This document shows positions 8,185 through 16,080 of a stretch of 32,000 bases of DNA, piece after piece (the stretch's first letter is position 1; every line of letters begins with the position of its first letter). The translations under genes and the position numbers were made by a program. The notes beneath the pieces are model-generated. The model worked only from the letters and a program-made list of their open reading frames with translations. It was not told where the DNA came from and ran no database searches. This stretch comes from Akkermansia muciniphila ATCC BAA-835 (GTDB lineage: Bacteria > Verrucomicrobiota > Verrucomicrobiia > Verrucomicrobiales > Akkermansiaceae): NCBI RefSeq assembly GCF_000020225.1, contig NC_010655.1, positions 510,001 through 542,000 of the forward strand, in the 5' to 3' direction.

Positions 8185-9108
8185 TCAGAAAAAATAAACG
8201 AGACCAGCCCCGGCCACTACTCCGAAATTCTTATAAGGCTTGTCGCCCCTGTCCGAACCTCGGTTGGCCTTCAAGGCGCCCTCTCCGGCCCAGTTGAAGC
8301 TGACGAAGGGAACGAGAGACAGGTTCTTGGCACCCAGCTTCACCGGAAGTTCAGCCTTCAGCCACCATGCCTGGGAACCGTTGGACATAAAAAGGGATTT
8401 ATTGTCAAAATAAGAGGAAGTGGCAGACATCCCGGCGCTCAATACAAAATCGGCGTCGGAGCAGATAGCAGCCTGATACCCCACATGCGGCCGGAACCAC
8501 CAGCCGGTCATGCCCTGGAAGGCATAGCTCATGGCTACGCCGGCAAACCAGTTTCCGGGCAAACCGTAATCCAGCGTCAGATAAAATTCCTGAATGACGG
8601 AATGGGTATTCCTTCTATACACATCTTCATCACTCATCCAGGTGGCGTTATAATCATACCTGGCAAAATTCCCAAGCAGGCCGCCGTGAATCAGGTTCCA
8701 GCCAAGCGTCGTGGACAGGTTCTTCAGTAAACCGTCCCGGTTCTTCCATCCAAAAAGAAAATCAGTCTCGTTATGAAAAGAGAAATCTCTTTCCCCTGCC
8801 ATGTGGTGTCCTGAAATCAGGAACGTACAAGATGCCGCCCCAACAACGGAATTACAATCATCCAGCTTATAATTCAAATCCACACTGGCAGGAATAATTC
8901 CATCTCCTTCCGTCAGTGAATGAGAAGCCACAATGCCGCGGCAGGTGTAATTGGAAGCATACCCGGCATCAACTTCCCCGGACAAAGGACAGTCCTGTTC
9001 CACGGGAACAGGAGAAACAGTTTTAACGGAAATTCCCGCAAAAGCGGAAGCGGCAAGAAAAACGGCACCCCCCGCAACACCAATGATATTTCTGAATTGC
9101 ATCATCAC
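8185..9108 (-). CDS. Outer-membrane beta-barrel protein, tandem paralog 2
   Basis: Signal peptide MMMQFRNIIGVAGGAVFLAASAFA. Ends ...GLVYFF. By eye, roughly two-thirds of residues are identical to 9248-10132. Confidence 0.8.
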   Translation of the reverse strand: MMMQFRNIIGVAGGAVFLAASAFAGISVKTVSPVPVEQDCPLSGEVDAGYASNYTCRGIVASHSLTEGDGIIPASVDLNYKLDDCNSVVGAASCTFLISGHHMAGERDFSFHNETDFLFGWKNRDGLLKNLSTTLGWNLIHGGLLGNFARYDYNATWMSDEDVYRRNTHSVIQEFYLTLDYGLPGNWFAGVAMSYAFQGMTGWWFRPHVGYQAAICSDADFVLSAGMSATSSYFDNKSLFMSNGSQAWWLKAELPVKLGAKNLSLVPFVSFNWAGEGALKANRGSDRGDKPYKNFGVVAGAGLVYFF

Positions 9109-9132
9109 GCTTCAAATGAAAATTTGGATATC

Positions 9133-9174
9133 GGCGCATTGCAAAAAACGGAGTTCATAAAAAACAATGCGCCG
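9133..9174. repeat. 9-bp inverted repeat GGCGCATTG ... CAATGCGCC upstream of OMP paralog 2
   Basis: Arms 9133-9141 and 9166-9174, 24-nt A-rich spacer. Lies 25-66 nt upstream of the ATG at 9108 (minus strand). Confidence 0.6.
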
Positions 9175-9183
9175 CCATCAATT

Positions 9184-9214
9184 AAAAAAAGCGCGGCGGA
9201 TTTCTCCGCCGCAC
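9184..9214 (-). terminator. Rho-independent terminator after OMP paralog 3
   Basis: Minus strand: GCGGCGGA-GAAA-TCCGCCGC (8-bp GC stem, 9193-9212), then GC + TTTTTTT (9184-9190). Confidence 0.8.
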
Positions 9215-9247
9215 CTGAAAATATAATTCAATCGCAGGCCGGATGGC

Positions 9248-10132
9248 TTAGAAAGAATAGACAAGGCTGGCTCCAGCCACTACGCCGAAGTTCTTGTAAG
9301 GCTTGTCTCCCTTATCCAGGCCCTTATTGACCTTCAATGCGCCACAGCCGGCCCAGTTGAAGCTGACGAAGGGAACAAGGGACAGATTCTTCACTCCCAG
9401 CTTCACCGGAAGTTCAGCTTTCACCCACCAGGCCTGAGCGCCATTGGCCTGCTCGAACGCAGCGCCAAAATAGCTGGACGTGGCAGACATCCCGGCCGTC
9501 ACGACAATGTCCGTGACGGGGCAGAGGGCGGCCTTGTAGCCAACATAAGGTTGGAACCACCAGCCGGTCATGCCCTGGAAGGCATAGCTCGTGGTTACGC
9601 CGGCAAACCAGTTCTGAGTCAGATCGTAATTCAGATTCAGGTAAAATTCCTGCGTGACGGAATGAGCATGGTCATACTTGGCAAAGCTGCCCAGCAAACC
9701 GCCGTGAATCAGGTTCCAGCCAAGCGTCGTGGACAGGTTCTTCAGCAAACCGTCCTTATTCTGCCAGCCAAGGTTGAAATTGGTCTCATTGTGGAAGGAA
9801 GTATCCCTGTCCCCCATGAGATGGTGGCCTGAAGTCAAGGTCGTATAAGAAGCGGAAGCCACGATGGAGTTGGCATCGCACAGCTTGTAATTCAGATTGA
9901 CACCGGCGGGGATGACGCTATCCCCTTCCGCCAACGCGTGGGAAGCCACAATGCCGCGGCAGGTGTAATTGGAAGCGTAGCCGGCGTAAATATCGCCGGA
10001 CAGCGGGCTGGAAGTCGCCACAGGAGCGGGAACCGGAGTCGGAGCAACAATCTTGACGGGAGTACCCGCAAGAGCAGCTCCGGCAAAGGATGCCACAACT
10101 GCCGCAACACTGATGATGTTCTTGGTTTGCAT
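9248..10132 (-). CDS. Outer-membrane beta-barrel protein, tandem paralog 3
   Basis: Signal peptide MQTKNIISVAAVVASFAGAALA. Ends ...SLVYSF. Shares long motif blocks with paralog 2 (YASNYTCRGIVASH, LLKNLSTTLGWNLIHGGLLG, SYAFQGMTGWWF, KNLSLVPFVSFNWAG, GDKPYKNFGVVAGA). Confidence 0.8.
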   Translation of the reverse strand: MQTKNIISVAAVVASFAGAALAGTPVKIVAPTPVPAPVATSSPLSGDIYAGYASNYTCRGIVASHALAEGDSVIPAGVNLNYKLCDANSIVASASYTTLTSGHHLMGDRDTSFHNETNFNLGWQNKDGLLKNLSTTLGWNLIHGGLLGSFAKYDHAHSVTQEFYLNLNYDLTQNWFAGVTTSYAFQGMTGWWFQPYVGYKAALCPVTDIVVTAGMSATSSYFGAAFEQANGAQAWWVKAELPVKLGVKNLSLVPFVSFNWAGCGALKVNKGLDKGDKPYKNFGVVAGASLVYSF

Positions 10133-10257
10133 GACTATTACTTGGTTAGGGTATTAATTGTTGATTTGCTAACATGGAAAGAAAAATGCTTTTTCCCCCC
10201 TTGTTAAGAAAAGTGAAACATTTTCGTCACAAAAGTAAAGAATTTTCTCTTGATAAA

Positions 10258-11025
10258 TCAGCAAGTCATTGATTTCACATTATTTACATCCACCAACCCC
10301 ATGACAAAAAATCCAATTCTCCATATCTTGCCAAACCTTCCCTTCCAAGGCCTGGCCGGATACAGACACTCCGCACCATCCAGAAGCCTGTCTTCTTTCA
10401 GGGCAGGAGAAGGATTCACCAGAACCCTCCGCCTGCAGGAAAGCAGCATGGGCAGATCCGCGGCACTGTCGCTGTAGGCAACGGCGTTTTCCAGAACACC
10501 ATGTTCCGGCAGTACATTCCGCTCCCGCAGACGCTCCACCTTCACCGCCCCCTTATTATTACCGTTCGGCAGTTCCGGCATTGCCGGCATGCGTTCCTCC
10601 AGAAGCACATCCGTTCCCAGAACTTCGTCAAATCCCAGCAGTTCGCCCAGGGGCTTCACGTAAAATGATGGAGAAGCGGAAACCATGAGACACAAATAAC
10701 CCTTCTTCCGATACCCTGCCAGCCGCTCCTTCAGCTCCGGATAAATCCATTCCTGCGCCATCTCGGCAAACTTCCGTCCATATTCCCGCACCGTTTCAGC
10801 GGGAAGCCCCCACAAATACATGAGATAAGCCCTCTTCATCCGGTTCTCATCCCATATTCTCAAAATATAGAGCGGAATACAGGCCAGGAAAAGAAAAATC
10901 AGCAAGCGTCTCCAAGGATGGCGCCTCACCACAAAACAGGAAAAAATATATTGCGTATCCCAGGGAAGGAGCGTGCCGTCCATATCAAACAGCGCTGCGC
11001 CTCTTTTTTTCCAATCGTCCGTCAT
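10258..11025 (-). CDS. HAD-superfamily hydrolase, subfamily IB (phosphoserine-phosphatase-like)
   Basis: Motif I FDMDGTL, motif II VSASP, Lys motif NNKGAVK, motif IV YSDSAADLP. Confidence 0.8.
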   Translation of the reverse strand: MTDDWKKRGAALFDMDGTLLPWDTQYIFSCFVVRRHPWRRLLIFLFLACIPLYILRIWDENRMKRAYLMYLWGLPAETVREYGRKFAEMAQEWIYPELKERLAGYRKKGYLCLMVSASPSFYVKPLGELLGFDEVLGTDVLLEERMPAMPELPNGNNKGAVKVERLRERNVLPEHGVLENAVAYSDSAADLPMLLSCRRRVLVNPSPALKEDRLLDGAECLYPARPWKGRFGKIWRIGFFVMGLVDVNNVKSMTC

Positions 11026-11096
11026 GCTTTCATCCTATACCCGCTTCCCTTAACTCTCAACACCCAACTCTTCCATGCCCCTCCTCCTGAATGCCC

Positions 11097-11130
11097 AAAA
11101 CCCCGGCCGCCGAAAGGCAACCGGGGTTTT
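11097..11130 (-). terminator. Rho-independent terminator after rpsD
   Basis: AAAACCCCGG...CCGGGGTTTT (arms 11097-11106 / 11121-11130) with an inner GCC-UUUC-GGC hairpin. U-run on the minus strand. 26 nt downstream of the rpsD stop. Confidence 0.75.
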
Positions 11131-11155
11131 GAAGCAAATCCAGAAGGAAATAAGA

Positions 11156-11767
11156 TTAACGGGAGTAAAATTCCACGATGAGCTGCTCGTTGACGATGGG
11201 AGCAATCTCTTCCTTGGAAGGCACGCGGGCAATCTTGCCCGTGAGCTTGTCACGGTCGCATTCCAGCCAGTCAGGAACCACAGTAGCCTGAGTCAGGTCA
11301 AGGAAACGGGTAACCAGCTGCTGGGAAGAAGCCTTGCCGCCTACGGCAATGACATCGCCCGGACGGCAGGAGTAGGACGCGATATTCGTCTTCTTGCCGT
11401 TCACGGTGATGTGACCGTGGGAAACAAGCTGACGGGCGCCGGCACGGGTATTGCTGAAGCCGAGGCGGTACACAACATTGTCCAGACGAAGCTCAAGGAG
11501 CTGAAGCAGAATATCGCCGGTAATGCCGCGGCGGCGGGCGGCTTCTGCATAATACTTGCGGAACTGACCTTCAAGCACACCGTACTGGAAACGCAGTTTC
11601 TGTTTTTCAGCAAGCATCACGCCATAGTCGGATTTCTTCTTGCGGCCGGCGCGCATGCCATGCTGGCCGGGAGGGAAGGGGCGCTTTTCAAGAGCCTTGG
11701 TGGAACCGAAAAGGGCAACGCCAAAACGGCGGGACACTTTATCGCGGGGACCGGTATAACGAGCCAT
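11156..11767 (-). CDS. rpsD: 30S ribosomal protein S4
   Basis: MARYTGPRDKVSRRFG... canonical S4 N-terminus plus the S4 RNA-binding domain. 203 aa. Confidence 0.97.
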   Translation of the reverse strand: MARYTGPRDKVSRRFGVALFGSTKALEKRPFPPGQHGMRAGRKKKSDYGVMLAEKQKLRFQYGVLEGQFRKYYAEAARRRGITGDILLQLLELRLDNVVYRLGFSNTRAGARQLVSHGHITVNGKKTNIASYSCRPGDVIAVGGKASSQQLVTRFLDLTQATVVPDWLECDRDKLTGKIARVPSKEEIAPIVNEQLIVEFYSR

Positions 11768-11802
11768 GATATATTAGATCTATATAGGTAAAAGATTCTC
11801 AA

Positions 11803-12354
11803 TTAGACGCGGCGGGCCTTCGGAGGACGGCAGCCGTTGTGGGGGATGGGGGTCACGTCCTTGATGGAGGTGATTTCAATACCGATCGTCTGCACGGCAC
11901 GTACGGCGGATTCACGACCGGAACCGGGCCCCTTTACGCGCACTTCCACTTCACGCAAGCCGTGACCCATGGCCTGGCGGCAGGCGTCCTGGCACACCAC
12001 CTGCCCGGCATAGGCCGTGCTCTTGCGGGAACCCTTAAAGCCCATCTTGCCGGCGGAGGACCAGCCGATGACATTGCCGCGCTGGTCAGTCACAGTTACG
12101 ACGGTGTTATTGAACGTGGAGGAAACGTGAACCACGCCCGTGGAAACGTTTTTGCTGCCCTTGGCCTTCAGGATTTTGGGCTTGTCATCATCGCCGCCCA
12201 GACCAAGTTCCGCAAAGATATCCTTGCGGGGTTCGGGCTTCTTGATTTCTTCAGGAGCGGAAACAGCGGCGGCCGGAGTTTCAGCGACGGGAGCGGAAGC
12301 TGCCGCTTCCACAGGCTGTTCGGCGGTTTCGTTGGTGATTTCTTCGCTAGCCAT
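11803..12354 (-). CDS. rpsK: 30S ribosomal protein S11 with an acidic N-terminal extension of about 56 aa
   Basis: Core [22 protein letters not shown]...GPGSGRESA...[14 protein letters not shown] is canonical S11. There is no in-frame ATG between 12354 and the core. The ATG lies 33 nt after the rpsM stop. Confidence 0.93.
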   Translation of the reverse strand: MASEEITNETAEQPVEAAASAPVAETPAAAVSAPEEIKKPEPRKDIFAELGLGGDDDKPKILKAKGSKNVSTGVVHVSSTFNNTVVTVTDQRGNVIGWSSAGKMGFKGSRKSTAYAGQVVCQDACRQAMGHGLREVEVRVKGPGSGRESAVRAVQTIGIEITSIKDVTPIPHNGCRPPKARRV

Positions 12355-12387
12355 AGTAAAGCTATATTAAAAATTCAGGTTGGCGGA

Positions 12388-12765
12388 TTACTTCTTCTTG
12401 GCCTGCGCGCCAACGGTCTTCTTCTTGCCTTTACGGGTGCGGGCATTCGTGCGGGTACGCTGACCGCGTACCGGAAGGCCGCGGCGGTGGCGCTGACCAC
12501 GATAGCAGTTGATGGAGGTCAAACGCTTGAGAATGGATTGCTTTTCACGACGAAGGTCACCTTCAATCAAAATGCCGTCGGTGGTGATTACTTGAACAAT
12601 CTTCGTGAGCTGTTCGTCGGTAAGCTGTCCCGTGCGGATGTCGGGATTGATGCCTGCTTGTTCCAGGATTCTCTTAGAAGTCGAGCGACCAATTCCGTAA
12701 ATATACGGAAGGGAAGCCTCGATGCGCTTCTCGTTGGGTATTTCTGTACCGAAAAGGCGTGCCAT
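12388..12765 (-). CDS. rpsM: 30S ribosomal protein S13
   Basis: [26 protein letters not shown]... canonical S13. Basic C-terminal tail. 125 aa. Confidence 0.97.
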   Translation of the reverse strand: MARLFGTEIPNEKRIEASLPYIYGIGRSTSKRILEQAGINPDIRTGQLTDEQLTKIVQVITTDGILIEGDLRREKQSILKRLTSINCYRGQRHRRGLPVRGQRTRTNARTRKGKKKTVGAQAKKK

Positions 12766-12883
12766 AATGGATTGGATTTGCTAGCTGTTATTTTTCTCTG
12801 CCTCGCGCAGAGCTATTGCTTGGGGCAAGATGGATACCATAAATTGAGGTTTTGACAAGACCAAAACATCATTTTTTCTATTT

Positions 12884-14035
12884 TTAATCTCTTGCACCGC
12901 TTGAAGATGCATGCCGCCCGTGGCGGCGGAGGATGCGCTCCACAGCCCAGGAAGCGTGTTCCTCCACCAGAGGAGACTCCCCGTAAAGCGCCTTCAGAAA
13001 ATCAATGTCATCCGGAGTCCCCGCATTCCCCAGCACAACGCAGCCGTTACGCAGCAGCCCTTCCCTCTTGAGCCTTTTCAACGGGGAATTCCGGAACAGG
13101 GCCGCAAAACCGCCGGCATCCAGGGAAAGAAGACCACGCAGGGGAATGGAAGCCAGCAGACGGGACATGCGGAACCGTTCGTCAACGTCCGGCAAAGGCT
13201 TACCATTCCAGGGACAGACCGTCACGCAGGTATCGCACCCGTACAGGCGCGTGCCTATCAGGGGACGGATTTCTTCCGGAATAGCCCCCCGGTGTTCAAT
13301 CGTCCAGTAGGAAAGGCAGCGTCCGGCATCAACCTGACCGTTTTCCATAATTGCGCCCGTCGGACACAGGGCCGCACAACGGCGGCAACTGCCGCATCCG
13401 TTTGAAACCGGAGCGTCCGGTTCCAGTTCCAGCGTAGTCAGCAGGGTAGCGATAAAAAAGCGGGAGCCCCCTTTCCTGCGCACGATCAAACCGCTTTTCC
13501 CGCGCCAGCCCAGGCCGCAGGCCTCCGCATGGTCCCGTTCCATAACAGGGCCGGAGTCCACATACCCCCTCTGCTTCCCGCCGTAAATGGAAAGCAGCTC
13601 CTGCAAATCCGCCAGTTTTTCCTCCAGAATTCCGTGGTAATCCTTTCCATGGGCGTAAAGGCAAATGCTACCCTCCCCCTCCGGGCGCCTACCGGGGCTG
13701 TCATAATCATAGGACAGGCAAATGACGGAACGGCATCCGGGAAGCACTTCCGCAGGATCCGTGCGCCGCTCCGGGGAAAGCGCCATCCACTCCATCCCGG
13801 CGTGCCATCCGCGCTCCAGCCATTGAAACAATTTTTCCGCATGCGGGCTTTTTTCCGCACGGGCCACCCGGCAGCCGGAAAAACCAAGCTGCCGGGACAC
13901 GGCGCACAAGGAATCTTTAATAACAGAGGAATCCGGAGTCAGCACGCCGGAATCATGAACAAGAGCATGCCTCCCACCAAGAATTTTCTTCTGTCCGGTG
14001 GAAATTGGATTGCCTGCACCCCGCCGCCGCTTCAT
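12884..14035 (-). CDS. queG: tRNA epoxyqueuosine(34) reductase QueG
   Basis: QueG-type N-terminal region (LGFSGCRVARAE...HAGMEWMA). Two 4Fe-4S motifs, CGSCRRCAALCPTGAI and YGCDTCVTVCPWN. The start is uncertain. ATG 14035 gives 383 aa. GTG 13945 gives 353 aa and fits homolog N-termini better. The longer track ORF to 14557 is antisense shadow over the next gene. Confidence 0.85.
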   Translation of the reverse strand: MKRRRGAGNPISTGQKKILGGRHALVHDSGVLTPDSSVIKDSLCAVSRQLGFSGCRVARAEKSPHAEKLFQWLERGWHAGMEWMALSPERRTDPAEVLPGCRSVICLSYDYDSPGRRPEGEGSICLYAHGKDYHGILEEKLADLQELLSIYGGKQRGYVDSGPVMERDHAEACGLGWRGKSGLIVRRKGGSRFFIATLLTTLELEPDAPVSNGCGSCRRCAALCPTGAIMENGQVDAGRCLSYWTIEHRGAIPEEIRPLIGTRLYGCDTCVTVCPWNGKPLPDVDERFRMSRLLASIPLRGLLSLDAGGFAALFRNSPLKRLKREGLLRNGCVVLGNAGTPDDIDFLKALYGESPLVEEHASWAVERILRRHGRHASSSGARD

Positions 14036-14047
14036 AATGCCGCATAT

Positions 14048-14971
14048 ATGAACATCCGGATTCTGAGCGATGGGAAACAGGGCCACCTCAACCAGTCCCT
14101 GGGGCTGGCGCAGGCTCTGATCTCCAAAGCGGGGGGAACCGTGGAAACGGTAGACCTGCAGGGGCTTTCCCTTTTGGGGAAAATCCGGAAGGTCGTCACA
14201 GGCAGCGACATTCCACGGCCGGATCTGTTCATTTCCGCCGGACATGCAACGCATATCCCGCTCATCTGCGCGCGGCACCATTTCAAAACCCGGGCCGTCC
14301 TCTGCATGAAGCCTACGCTTCCCTGCTCCTTTTTCGACCTCTGCCTTATTCCCCGCCATGACCTGGATTCCGGCCGCGATTACACGGATACGGATATCTT
14401 CCCCACCCAGGGAGCTCTCCACCCCATGAGACCGGATCCCTCCGTACCAAAGGATACCACACTGATTCTCATAGGAGGGCCCAGCAAAGATTTTGACTGG
14501 GATGACGAAAGCATGCTCAACCAGCTCGCGTCCATCAGCATCCACACCCCCGGACACCTTGTTCTAACCACCTCGCGCCGGACGCCGGACGGCTTTGCGG
14601 AAAAAATCCGGACGGCCGTTCCGGAACTAACCGTCGTTCCCGTGGAGGAAACCCGGCCGGGGTGGGTAGCCCGGCATCTGGCGCACGCCTCCGCCGCCTG
14701 GGTCAGCCAGGACAGCGTCTCCATGGTATATGAGGCTCTTGGCTCCGGCGCGCCTGTAGGCATCCTTTCCGTACCGCGCCGACACGGCAGCCGCAAATCC
14801 CGCATCCTGTCCGGCCTGGAGACACTGGAAAAGGAAGGCATGGTTACTGGATACAGTGACTGGAAAAAACAGAACTTCCGCCTGACGGCTCCCGGTTCCC
14901 CGCTTCTGGAAGCGGACCGTGCAGCAGACTACATCCTCTCCAGATTTTTCCCTCAGCTCCGCGCCTTATGA
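14048..14971 (+). CDS. ELM1/GtrOC1-family (DUF1022) putative glycosyltransferase
   Basis: Starts MNIRILSDGKQGHLNQSLGLAQAL, the typical N-terminus of the ELM1 family. 307 aa. The upstream part of the track ORF (13529-14047) is antisense to queG and is discarded. Confidence 0.7.
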   Translation: MNIRILSDGKQGHLNQSLGLAQALISKAGGTVETVDLQGLSLLGKIRKVVTGSDIPRPDLFISAGHATHIPLICARHHFKTRAVLCMKPTLPCSFFDLCLIPRHDLDSGRDYTDTDIFPTQGALHPMRPDPSVPKDTTLILIGGPSKDFDWDDESMLNQLASISIHTPGHLVLTTSRRTPDGFAEKIRTAVPELTVVPVEETRPGWVARHLAHASAAWVSQDSVSMVYEALGSGAPVGILSVPRRHGSRKSRILSGLETLEKEGMVTGYSDWKKQNFRLTAPGSPLLEADRAADYILSRFFPQLRAL

Positions 14972-16080
14972 AAATAGTACATCTCGTCCCCTCCATGGAA
15001 TCCGGAGGCGTGGAACAAGTCGTTATGGAACTGGGCAGCGGCCTTTCTTCCCGGGGCGTGGAAAATATCGTCGTTTCCGGAGGCGGACGCCTGGTGCCCC
15101 GTCTGGAAAAGGAAGGCTCCCGCCACATCCTGATGCCGATAGGCAAAAAAAGCATCTCCACTCTCTTCCGCATCGGGGCCCTCCGCGCCCTGCTTCAGGC
15201 CGTCAGGCCGGATATCCTGCATCTCCATTCCCGCGTTCCTGCGTGGGCAGGCTACCTGGCATGGAAAAAGCTCCCGCCGGAAGACCGCCCCGGCCTCGTC
15301 ACCAGCGTTCACGGCTTCTACTCCGTCAACCGGTACTCCGCCATCATGAGCCGAGGAGAGCGGGTGATCGCCGTCTCCAACTGCATCAGGGACTACATCC
15401 TTGACCATTATCCGTCCACCCCTCCGGACCATATCAGAATCATACCCAATGCTATTTCCCCGGACCAATATCACCCGGCCTACTCCCCCTCCCGGGAATG
15501 GCTCACGGGCTGGTTCATGTCCTATCCTGAACTGAAGGGGAAATTCACCCTGTGCCTGCCGGGCCGCATCACGCGCTTGAAAGGGCATCTGGATCTGATT
15601 CCGGTCGTCAGGCAGCTTCTGGAACAGGGAATCCCGGCCCACGCCGTCATTGTAGGAGAAGCAAAGAAGGGAAAAGAAGAATATAAAAACGAGGTCCTGC
15701 GGGCAATAGAACGTTCCGGCGTCTCCCAGTCCTTCACCTGGACAGGCCATCGCCAGGATCTGAGGGAAATCCTTTCCACATGTTCCGTCACCCTCTCCCT
15801 GACCAAAAGCCCGGAAGCCTTCGGCAAATCAACCCTGGAGGCGCTCGCCCTGGGCAAACCCGTAGCCGGATACGCCCACGGCGGAGTCAAGGAACAGCTG
15901 GACGCCTTCCTTCCTGAAGGGAACGTCGCCGTAGGAGATACCGCCGCCATGGCGAACCTGCTGGCCCGCTGGCATACCCAGCCCCCCCCCCTGCCCCGGC
16001 AAATTCCTTCCCCTTACAATATGCAGGATATGATTCAAGCCCATCTGGACGTTTACCAGGAACTGACACCTTATTCATGA
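14968..16080 (+). CDS. Glycosyltransferase family 4 (GT-B, group 1)
   Basis: MKIVHLVPSMESGGVEQVV N-terminus. E-x7-E motif EAFGKSTLEA. The ATGA overlaps the upstream stop. Contains a C10 run at 15982-15991. Confidence 0.9.
   Translation: MKIVHLVPSMESGGVEQVVMELGSGLSSRGVENIVVSGGGRLVPRLEKEGSRHILMPIGKKSISTLFRIGALRALLQAVRPDILHLHSRVPAWAGYLAWKKLPPEDRPGLVTSVHGFYSVNRYSAIMSRGERVIAVSNCIRDYILDHYPSTPPDHIRIIPNAISPDQYHPAYSPSREWLTGWFMSYPELKGKFTLCLPGRITRLKGHLDLIPVVRQLLEQGIPAHAVIVGEAKKGKEEYKNEVLRAIERSGVSQSFTWTGHRQDLREILSTCSVTLSLTKSPEAFGKSTLEALALGKPVAGYAHGGVKEQLDAFLPEGNVAVGDTAAMANLLARWHTQPPPLPRQIPSPYNMQDMIQAHLDVYQELTPYS

Noticed and set aside
10213-10230. GTGA-N10-TCAC upstream of OMP paralog 3, looking like a CRP/FNR-type site.
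   Set aside because: The spacing is 10 rather than the 6 of TGTGA-N6-TCACA, and only 4-bp arms match. This is likely chance in AT-rich DNA.
12766-12883. rpmJ (L36), or a clear sigma70 promoter, upstream of rpsM.
   Set aside because: No small ORF resembling L36 fits in the 118 nt. Candidate -35/-10 pairs (TTGTCA...ATCCAT, TTGGTC...TATGGT) each match the consensus too poorly to report.
12884-14971. Two track ORFs of 557 aa (minus) and 480 aa (plus) overlap by about 1 kb, which suggests a large overlapping gene pair.
   Set aside because: Family-typical N-termini appear far inside each ORF: QueG around 13945-14035, and ELM1-like MNIRILSDGKQG at 14048. The extensions are merely open antisense frames over the partner gene.
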